Source: Alphaproteobacteria bacterium (GTDB lineage Bacteria; Pseudomonadota; Alphaproteobacteria; RF32; CAG-239). Taken from it: a stretch of 27,562 bases of DNA. Below, piece by piece: positions 9,041 to 16,282 of the stretch; position 1 is the first letter of the stretch, and each line of letters starts with the position of its first letter. Where the stretch lies: positions 1-27,562 of the forward strand of contig JAZNQW010000171.1 of assembly GCA_045590435.1 (NCBI GenBank), given 5' to 3'. A program made the position numbers and the translations under genes. A model generated the notes under the pieces. It was given only the letters and a program-made list of their open reading frames with translations. It did not search any database and had not been told where the DNA came from.

Positions 9041-9970
9041 TTAATCACTTGAGCTGTTGCGGCTTTTAAAAATGCCGTTTTCATAACCTTGTATGGTTCT
9101 GTTTCGTTTGGCTGTTTCCAAGCGTTTCATTGTAAGAGCAACATATTTGCGTTCACGCTCAATGCCAAGAAAATGCCGCCCCAGTTTTTGAGCAGTGACG
9201 GCGGTTGTGCCGGAGCCGACAAACGGATCAAATATCAAATCTTCTTCATTACTGGAAGCCAGAATAAGTTTGGCCAGTAATTTTTCCGGTTTTTGTGTCG
9301 GATGCTCGGTGTTTTCAGCCATAGACCAGAAAGGTACGGTAATATCAGTCCAAATATTAGACGGTGCGGTAAAGCGAATTTTTTTACCGTTTGTTTCTTG
9401 CCAATCTTTTGGTGTGCCGTCGGTAGTGCGATAAGGCGCCAAAACCGCGCGTTGGATTTTTACGGAATCTAAATTGAATGTATATTGCGAACTGTTGGTA
9501 AAAAACCAAATATCTTCCAAGCAATTTTTCCAATTATTGCCGGCAGCGCGGCCCTTTTCCCGCTCCCATGAAATGCGATTTTGCAATAGAAAATATTGTT
9601 CGGCAATTTCCGGAATGGCAATAGATGTGCGCCAGTCCGAGCAAATATAAATACTGGCATTCGGTTTTAACAAGCGTTTGGTTTGTTTTAACCAGTCATC
9701 AAGCCATTTTTGGTAAGTAATGGTATCAGTTTGCCGAAAAACGGAAGTGCCGAAATTTTTAGTAAGATTATACGGCGGATCCACAATCATTAAATCAACA
9801 ATTTGTTCAGGCAAATAAGCCAAAGTTTCCATGGTATCTGCCCAAACAATTTGATCGGTATAATGTTGCCGCAATTGTGTTAAATCCGTAACCGCCTGCG
9901 CCGCATATTTTTTTTCTTGTGTCGGCGTTAACGTAATTGTTTTATTACGCGGAGCTGCTTTTTTATTCAC
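9041..9970 (-). CDS. Orphan amino-DNA methyltransferase (N6-adenine/N4-cytosine), beta class
   Basis: Motif IV DPPYN precedes HPTQKPEKL and motif I DPFVGSGTT; GTG start overlaps the HPr TGA (GTGA); no restriction endonuclease adjacent. Confidence 0.92.
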   Translation of the reverse strand: MNKKAAPRNKTITLTPTQEKKYAAQAVTDLTQLRQHYTDQIVWADTMETLAYLPEQIVDLMIVDPPYNLTKNFGTSVFRQTDTITYQKWLDDWLKQTKRLLKPNASIYICSDWRTSIAIPEIAEQYFLLQNRISWEREKGRAAGNNWKNCLEDIWFFTNSSQYTFNLDSVKIQRAVLAPYRTTDGTPKDWQETNGKKIRFTAPSNIWTDITVPFWSMAENTEHPTQKPEKLLAKLILASSNEEDLIFDPFVGSGTTAVTAQKLGRHFLGIERERKYVALTMKRLETAKRNRTIQGYENGIFKSRNSSSD

Positions 9971-10245
9971 TGTTCCTCACCAAAACGCGAATTAACTAAA
10001 AGGGTTAGGGCCTCAATAGCTTCGGCTGCTTGTTTGCCTTGTGCTTTGATTTTAATGGTGCTTCCTTTAGAAGCCGCCAACATCATCAAGCTCAGAATGG
10101 AACTTCCATCAACGATTTGTCCGTCTTTTTCAACCATAACTTCAGCATCTATATTGGTAATACATTTCACAAAAGACGCCGCCGCCCGCGCATGTAAGCC
10201 TTTCTGATTGCAAATGGTTAAATCTGTTTCTAAAACGTCGCTCAT
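9967..10245 (-). CDS. ptsH: Phosphocarrier protein HPr/NPr
   Basis: NQKGLHARAAA (His15 site) and VDGSSILSLMMLAA (Ser46 site). Confidence 0.95.
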   Translation of the reverse strand: MSDVLETDLTICNQKGLHARAAASFVKCITNIDAEVMVEKDGQIVDGSSILSLMMLAASKGSTIKIKAQGKQAAEAIEALTLLVNSRFGEEQ

Positions 10246-10649
10246 TTAGCGTTTCCGTTCAATAATTGAGAGGCAACATTAATGTGTTTTTTGCCGGCCT
10301 CTTGAGCACAGTCCACGCATTTTTGCAGAGGTGAATCTTTACGTGATGTTGCCAGTTTTATAACCATTGGCAAATTCATACCGGCAATCACATCATAATT
10401 ACCGTGACCGATAATTGACATGGCTAAATTAGATGGTGTGCCACCAAACATATCGGTTAAAAGCAAAACGCCGTCACCGCTGTCAACGCTTTTGGTTTTT
10501 TGCAAAATTTCCTGCCGACGAGCTTCCATATCATCTTCCGGACCGATACAAACAAAATCAACCTGTGTTTGTTTGCCGACCACATGCTCCATGGCTGCCA
10601 CGAATTCAAGCGCTAAATTGCCATGTGTCACAAAAACTAAACCAATCAT
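10242..10649 (-). CDS. manX: PTS EIIA component, mannose/fructose type
   Basis: MIGLVFVTHG phospho-His motif, LTDMFGGTPSN, GMNLPM; ATGA overlap with HPr, the usual alphaproteobacterial pairing. Confidence 0.93.
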   Translation of the reverse strand: MIGLVFVTHGNLALEFVAAMEHVVGKQTQVDFVCIGPEDDMEARRQEILQKTKSVDSGDGVLLLTDMFGGTPSNLAMSIIGHGNYDVIAGMNLPMVIKLATSRKDSPLQKCVDCAQEAGKKHINVASQLLNGNAK

Positions 10650-11062
10650 TTTTCACCGCTCGTCCACACTTTGATTGCCCCGAAAGATTTAAGCAGTTCT
10701 TCTTTGCTTTTGGCTTTAAACAACTCATCTGCGCGCGTGCGGCGGCCGTTCAAAATAATTTCTTCAACATTTTCAACCGGCACGGCATAAACGCGTTCAA
10801 CCATTTCGGCTTTAAGTTCCACAATCATCACCACTTCAGATTCGGCCAATACATTACAAGTCTCACTATCAATATGGTCTAAGATAATTGAGCGGCGCGC
10901 ATCACGGCACAACAAAGCTGTTTGTTTGCCATCAAATTGCAATACCGGCTCACTTGGGTTGCCGTCACGAGCATCAATAAAAATGGCCAATTCGCCGTAT
11001 TTATTCTCTATAATTTCGAAAAAGTCTTGCTTTTCCATTAATGTATAATATTGGTTTTCCAT
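10646..11062 (-). CDS. Hypothetical acidic protein coupled to manX
   Basis: ORF with GGGG RBS (ATG 11062 or GTG 11065); stop overlaps the manX ATG (ATGA). Confidence 0.8.
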   Translation of the reverse strand: MENQYYTLMEKQDFFEIIENKYGELAIFIDARDGNPSEPVLQFDGKQTALLCRDARRSIILDHIDSETCNVLAESEVVMIVELKAEMVERVYAVPVENVEEIILNGRRTRADELFKAKSKEELLKSFGAIKVWTSGEK

Positions 11063-11140
11063 CACATTTCCCCAACACTTGGTTTATATTTTGATGTATC
11101 TTACTCCATTTTTAAGTAATTGTCCATCCTAACTTTCAGA

Positions 11141-12094
11141 TTATCCGCGAACTTTATTATTTTTCCGTAAAGATTCTTGCAGAAGAGACTTCAGTTTCTC
11201 AGAATAAGACTTCTCTTTTTCTTGTTCCTGTTCTTTATTTTTTTGTGACTGTGGTGCATTCAGTTCAAAGTCCTTTTGATCAGCGCGCGGATTTTTATTC
11301 AGTTCTTTCGGCTTTAAGCCGTAAGCACTTTGCCTTTTAATTTCGGAAAGTTTGGCTGTTTGACCGGACTTACGCAAAATCAGTTCGGCTTTTTCGTTTT
11401 CGGTTAAGCTTTTTTTGCCTAAATCTTTAACGTCATTCATTTTAACATTTTTAACCTTATGGTTATCAGTCATCTTTTTTAGTTCTTTCACACCTTCAAC
11501 CACTTTACCTTCGGTGTGGAATTTAATTTCACCTTTTAATCCGACTTGTTTTGCAAGATTTTTTTCGAGCGATTCGGCACGAATACGCTTAGGATTATAA
11601 ATGGCATCCTGCATTTTTTCGGTTTGCTCGGAGGTTGTCATCTTTTTGATGCCGGCTTTACGGGCTAAAGTGTCTGCTTGTTCCATGGCATTTAAACGAC
11701 CGGCATTCTCCTGATGCCGAGTCACTTCAATATTTGTGCGCTGCTCAATCATCCGTTTTTCATTAGGTAACAAGGCGTCTATTAAAGTTGTATCACTGTT
11801 AGAGGCATCACTTTGGTTTAAACGTAATTCACGAAATGAGCGAATGACTTCTTCATCAGGACCATCATCCTCATCTTCATCCTCATCATACATTTGTTTA
11901 ACTTTTTTACTTATTTTGTTATTAGGTTTAGCGCGTGTTACTGAGGTTTGCATTTTGTTTTTGCGCGCCTGATATTTATCGGCCTCAATAGCGTCAATAC
12001 GCAACGTCAGACGCTCATCATCATCAACTTTCTTCTTTTTCCACTCCGGAACGGAACTGGGGCTTTCATCATCTGTGTCATCTGTTTGTGTCAT
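11141..12094 (-). CDS. Hypothetical highly charged (K/E/D-rich) protein
   Basis: ATG 12094 preceded by AAAGGA; 317 aa, acidic tract DEDEDEDDGPDEE, Lys-rich C-terminal half; no TM segment. Confidence 0.75.
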   Translation of the reverse strand: MTQTDDTDDESPSSVPEWKKKKVDDDERLTLRIDAIEADKYQARKNKMQTSVTRAKPNNKISKKVKQMYDEDEDEDDGPDEEVIRSFRELRLNQSDASNSDTTLIDALLPNEKRMIEQRTNIEVTRHQENAGRLNAMEQADTLARKAGIKKMTTSEQTEKMQDAIYNPKRIRAESLEKNLAKQVGLKGEIKFHTEGKVVEGVKELKKMTDNHKVKNVKMNDVKDLGKKSLTENEKAELILRKSGQTAKLSEIKRQSAYGLKPKELNKNPRADQKDFELNAPQSQKNKEQEQEKEKSYSEKLKSLLQESLRKNNKVRG

Positions 12095-12114
12095 TGATTT
12101 TCCTTTATGATAAA

Positions 12115-13779
12115 TTAGTTGCCGGTTGTTTTGGAGGCGCAAGGTTTGATTGAATATGTCAACATAACAGAGCCGTCATAAAAGATTTGCGGTGAAACGT
12201 TGATTTCGGCATTATCGTCGCGCGTTAATGTAAATTTCCGACCTTCCATAATCATGGAAAACATGGTTTGTCGAAAATTATTCCAATCAGGAATATTTGA
12301 AAAGAACAGTTTTTGATATGCGATAATATCTTCCATCTTCGGCTCATCTTGCATTTTATCATAATCCAAGCTCCAAAGTTTCAAATAAGCGCGATTATAA
12401 AATTTCAAGCGCTGATTCGGGCCGAAAATAATAACGGCGTCAGTTAAATTATCCAAAATACCTTGTTGCATTTCGGTTAAATCATTTAAGCGTCGCATAA
12501 CAGCCAACCTGTCGGAAACATCTTCGAATGCAAAAATAACACCGTTAGGGTGAGGCATTCTGAAGCGATGAATGGTGCGGCCATCCGGCAAATGCAACAT
12601 ATCTTCACGCGGTTTCCATAAGCCGCTGAAAACGCTCATCTCATCATTTTTAAAGGCCTTAAAATCCGGTGCCGACGGTAGCATTTTACGCTGTTGAATA
12701 GTCTCAATGAACTGCATATATGAAGGCTTTTTTTCTAAAAATTCAACATCCAAATTCCATAGCTGACGGAAAGACGTGTTATAAAAATATAAGTTTGTCT
12801 TTTCATCAAAAATGGCAAAAGCGGTGCCGAGAACACCCAGAATTTCCAGGTGGCTGTTCTGATTGAGCTCAAAGTTAAGTTTGGCGTTTTCAAGTTCCGT
12901 ATGGTCAATTAAATAACCGACGGTACCGATTTGATCCAGCGTATCGCCGGTAAAATACGGATTCTCATATAGAACGTAATGGTAAAGATTACCGGATCGC
13001 ACCATTTTAAACGGTTTTTTCTGAATTTTTTTGGTCTTTTGCGCTGTTGATGCCAAGGTGCGAGGAATTGCTTTGGTAATTTCGGTATTTTGGCGCAACA
13101 CATCTGTTTTGGTGTTTTTACCGGTATATTCAACGTACTTTTTATTGACAATTGCCAATCGTAAGTTTTCATCACGTAACCAAACAGGCGTATCAATACC
13201 GTCAATCATATTTTCATATTGTTTTAATGTGTTTAAAACCGTGTTTTTCTCGTTTTCCAATTTAACCATGTGTGCGGCTTCGGCTGAAACATCACGAAAC
13301 CATATAATATCGCCATACGAATTACCATCAGCACTTTGAATGCGATTCCCGTAAACACACATAAAGCGTTTTCCGCCTTTCATGCTGAGCATATCTTCAA
13401 AGGCCAACCCGTCTTGTTGCAACAGAGAAACATATTTTTTCAAGAGCTGCGCATCATCTTTGTAAAACGCTTCACAAACTTCGTTGAAATCGGCGGTTGT
13501 GCCATTTTTTAAATCAAGCAGAACGGCAAGTCGGCGCGAACATTTTCCCATTATTTTCTGAGTGTTTCGACTGAGCTTTTCATCCGGATAAATAAAGCAG
13601 AAGTAACCATCTTTGGTTGTCCACAGTAATTCATTGACACGATCCTTATCGCGTTTAATAAAATAAACTTTGCGTTTGTATTTGTAAATTTTGGTTTGCA
13701 ACCAAGCAATTGCCGTCATTAAACCCAAAATAACCAGCAAACTGACAATAACCGTCAACTTCAGCAAATCCATATTCAT
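12115..13779 (-). CDS. Membrane-anchored multi-PAS protein, DivL-like sensory region without kinase domain
   Basis: N-terminal TM helix; tandem PAS-like units; LHLPDGRTIHRFRMPHPNGVIFAFEDVSDRL...QQGILDNLTDAVIIFGPNQRLKFYN resembles DivL PAS segments; ends without DHp/CA motifs. Confidence 0.7.
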   Translation of the reverse strand: MNMDLLKLTVIVSLLVILGLMTAIAWLQTKIYKYKRKVYFIKRDKDRVNELLWTTKDGYFCFIYPDEKLSRNTQKIMGKCSRRLAVLLDLKNGTTADFNEVCEAFYKDDAQLLKKYVSLLQQDGLAFEDMLSMKGGKRFMCVYGNRIQSADGNSYGDIIWFRDVSAEAAHMVKLENEKNTVLNTLKQYENMIDGIDTPVWLRDENLRLAIVNKKYVEYTGKNTKTDVLRQNTEITKAIPRTLASTAQKTKKIQKKPFKMVRSGNLYHYVLYENPYFTGDTLDQIGTVGYLIDHTELENAKLNFELNQNSHLEILGVLGTAFAIFDEKTNLYFYNTSFRQLWNLDVEFLEKKPSYMQFIETIQQRKMLPSAPDFKAFKNDEMSVFSGLWKPREDMLHLPDGRTIHRFRMPHPNGVIFAFEDVSDRLAVMRRLNDLTEMQQGILDNLTDAVIIFGPNQRLKFYNRAYLKLWSLDYDKMQDEPKMEDIIAYQKLFFSNIPDWNNFRQTMFSMIMEGRKFTLTRDDNAEINVSPQIFYDGSVMLTYSIKPCASKTTGN

Positions 13780-13884
13780 TCTTTTCTCTGTTAAAAAATG
13801 TTTGCGCTTGCACTCATTTTATATTATATAGGCAACAATAAGCAATTTATTTTTTTAAATAATTGATAGTTTTTAGGAAAAAAT

Positions 13885-14544
13885 ATGTGGACATTGGCTT
13901 TTGATACAACTTCAAATTGTTGCGCGGCCGCATTGCTGCAAGATACGGAGATTAGGGCAAAATATGTTGAAGAGATGGAGTTTGGGCAAGCGGAGGCGTT
14001 GTTACCGCAAATTCGAAAAATGTTGAAAGAACAGAAGATTGAATTTGCCAATATCGGTTTATTGGGCGTTTGTGTGGGCCCCGGATCATTTACGGGAGTG
14101 CGCTCGTCGGTTGCCGCGGCACGAGCCATGAGTTTGGCACAACCGCAGATGGCAATTACCGGCGTAAATGCATTTGAGGCTTATTTGCAGGCAATTGATG
14201 ATTTCGATTTGGCGGCGCTTAATGCGGTGATTATTGAAACTAAGCGCGAAGATTTTTACTTTCAGGTGTTTAACGGTCGGCGTGAAAAGTTGTGTGATGC
14301 GGCAGCTATGCCGTATGAGCAGATAATAGATATGTTGAAAGGTAAAACGGTAACGCTGATCGGTAACGGTGTGGAACGTTTTTTAGATAAGCCGAGTGGT
14401 TTGGTGTTACATAGTGTAAATATGGAAAAAAATGTGCCGCTCAATTATTTGGCGGCTTGTGCGTTGCATAAATATAGGCAAAAGAAAATGAATTTTCCTA
14501 AACCTTTATATTTAAGAGCGCCGGATGTTTGTGTAAAATCGTAA
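13885..14544 (+). CDS. tsaB: tRNA threonylcarbamoyladenosine biosynthesis protein TsaB
   Basis: LAFDTT, GQAEALLPQI, VCVGPGSFTGVR, PLYLRAPD C-terminus. Confidence 0.95.
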   Translation: MWTLAFDTTSNCCAAALLQDTEIRAKYVEEMEFGQAEALLPQIRKMLKEQKIEFANIGLLGVCVGPGSFTGVRSSVAAARAMSLAQPQMAITGVNAFEAYLQAIDDFDLAALNAVIIETKREDFYFQVFNGRREKLCDAAAMPYEQIIDMLKGKTVTLIGNGVERFLDKPSGLVLHSVNMEKNVPLNYLAACALHKYRQKKMNFPKPLYLRAPDVCVKS

Positions 14545-14620
14545 AAATTATATAGATATCTGCAAAAGAAAAGTGTATTAGTGTAAAAAAAATAACTGAA
14601 TTTTATTTTGTGAGGATGAA

Positions 14621-14908
14621 GTGACTAGATCTGAATTGGTTGAAAGAATTGCGGCCAAAATGCCGAATTTGAAAATAAAAGATATTGATAATATCGTAGA
14701 TGTGGTGTTCGATAAGCTGACTAAAGCGTTGGCCGAAGGAAACAGAGTCGAAATCAGAGGATTCGGTGCCTTTTCCGTTCGAACCAGAAAGCCTCGTGTG
14801 GCGATTAATCCGAAAAATAAGAGTCGTGTGGAAGTGCCGGAAAAACACATTGTGCACTTCAAAACCGGAAAAGAATTGCATGAAAGATTAAATCCGGATT
14901 CTAAATAA
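14621..14908 (+). CDS. ihfB: Integration host factor beta subunit
   Basis: MTRSELVERIA, RVEIRGFGAFS, NPKN, HFKTGKELHERLN; GTG start after GAGGA. Confidence 0.9.
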   Translation: MTRSELVERIAAKMPNLKIKDIDNIVDVVFDKLTKALAEGNRVEIRGFGAFSVRTRKPRVAINPKNKSRVEVPEKHIVHFKTGKELHERLNPDSK

Positions 14909-14939
14909 AATCTCGTTTCTTAACCTCATGGAGGGTAAA

Positions 14940-15362
14940 ATGAAATTGTTGCACTATATTTTAGCATTACCGCTGATTGTGATTGCCGCGCTTGCAATTT
15001 ATTGCGCCGAATCAAATGAAGGAGTGTCGTTTGATTTCGGAACGTTTGGTAACACGCCCGGTTATAATACCAGATTGGTTTTGTTTTTGTTTTTACTGTA
15101 TGGCTATATATGCGGTCGTTTAGGTGCATGGTTTGCACATGCACCGGTGCGCCATGAATTACGTCGGCAGAAAAAAGCCAACAGAGCTTTATCAAAGGAG
15201 CAAAGCAAGCTCAATGAAACCGTGACCGGTTTGCAACAAAATGTGGCAACATTACAACAAGAAAAAGCAAAAGCTCAGGCCGCGGCGTCGGTTAATAAAG
15301 AGACCTTAGGTTGGGTAAATAAAGTAAAAGATAAATTTGCGGCGCCAAAGGGGGCAAAATGA
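14940..15362 (+). CDS. lapA: LapA-like (DUF1049) two-TM membrane protein with C-terminal coiled coil
   Basis: Two hydrophobic segments followed by RHELRRQKKANRALSKE coil; conserved position downstream of ihfB; GGAGG RBS before ATG 14940. Confidence 0.6.
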   Translation: MKLLHYILALPLIVIAALAIYCAESNEGVSFDFGTFGNTPGYNTRLVLFLFLLYGYICGRLGAWFAHAPVRHELRRQKKANRALSKEQSKLNETVTGLQQNVATLQQEKAKAQAAASVNKETLGWVNKVKDKFAAPKGAK

Positions 15363-16213
15363 ATTGGCTGACGGATATTGTGCGTCCGAAGATTCAGAAG
15401 ACGACACCGAAAGAAATTGCGGATAATTTATGGGTGAAGTGCCCGAATTGTAATCAGATGCTTTATGCGCAGGAATTAAAACAATCGCATTATGTGTGCA
15501 CATCTTGCGGACATCATTTGCGTTTGTATGTGGATAATCGTTTCAAATTACTGTTTGATGATGCCAAATGGACCGAAGTGACCTTACCGCCGATACAAGA
15601 TGATCCGCTGAAATTTAAGGATTTACAAAAATATACCGATCGGTTGAAAAGTAATCGCAAAAAAACCGAACATAATGACGCCATACAAGTGGCACGAGGA
15701 TTGATTGCCGGTATTAAGAGTGTTGTAGCCGCATTGCATTTTTCTTTTATGGGTGGCTCAATGGGTATAGCCGTGGGCGAGGGGATTGTGACTGCCGCTC
15801 GTTTGGCTTTGGCGAATAAAGAGCCGCTGATTACGGTGGCGGCTTCAGGTGGCGCACGCATGCAAGAAGGTATGTTTTCGTTAATGCAAATGGCGCGCAC
15901 AACGGCAGCAGTGAATGAGCTTAAAGAAGCCGGTATACCGTTTATTTCTATTCTGACCGATCCGACAACCGGAGGTGTCTCAGCCTCATTTGCAATGTTA
16001 GGAGATGTGAATATTGCCGAAAAAGGTTGCTTAATCGGCTTTGCTGGCCAACGCGTAATCGAACAAACCATTCACGAAAAATTGCCGGAAGGCTTCCAAC
16101 GCGCCGAATATTTGTTGGAACACGGCATGGTCGATATGGTGGTTGAGCGCGATAAAATGAAAGAAGAATTGGTAAAAGTTTTAAGAGTTCTTACCGCCAA
16201 CCTCAAAAAGTAA
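15359..16213 (+). CDS. accD: Acetyl-CoA carboxylase carboxyltransferase beta subunit
   Basis: LWVKCPNC...CTSCGHH zinc finger, FMGGSMG, SGGARMQEG, DPTTGGVSASFA, FQRAEYLLEHGMVD. Confidence 0.98.
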   Translation: MNWLTDIVRPKIQKTTPKEIADNLWVKCPNCNQMLYAQELKQSHYVCTSCGHHLRLYVDNRFKLLFDDAKWTEVTLPPIQDDPLKFKDLQKYTDRLKSNRKKTEHNDAIQVARGLIAGIKSVVAALHFSFMGGSMGIAVGEGIVTAARLALANKEPLITVAASGGARMQEGMFSLMQMARTTAAVNELKEAGIPFISILTDPTTGGVSASFAMLGDVNIAEKGCLIGFAGQRVIEQTIHEKLPEGFQRAEYLLEHGMVDMVVERDKMKEELVKVLRVLTANLKK

Positions 16214-16231
16214 AAATTTTCCGCCTTCGGA

Positions 16232-16260
16232 TTGCATTCAAAAAAAATGCTCCCTATATA
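16232..16260 (+). promoter_or_regulatory. Putative clpB promoter TTGCAT-N17-TATATA (CCCTATAT -10 is RpoH-compatible)
   Basis: TTGCAT(16232-16237)-TCAAAAAAAATGCTCCC-TATATA(16255-16260), 22 nt before the ATG. Confidence 0.6.
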
Positions 16261-16282
16261 CTTAAGTATAAGGAGTAAAGAG

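Noticed and set aside
9041-9970. CcrM
   Set aside because: It has the same beta-class order, but DPPYN is followed by LTKNFG rather than the CcrM-type LQL, and only a short tail follows motif I instead of the CcrM C-terminal domain.
11141-12142. Frameshifted kinase half of the DivL-like gene
   Set aside because: The ORF overlapping the PAS gene end has no H-, N- or G-box motifs, and its likely start is ATG 12094 with its own RBS.
13808-13835. CIRCE (HrcA) element upstream of tsaB
   Set aside because: Only a left-half-like TTGCACTC is present; the right arm GAGTGCTAA is missing.
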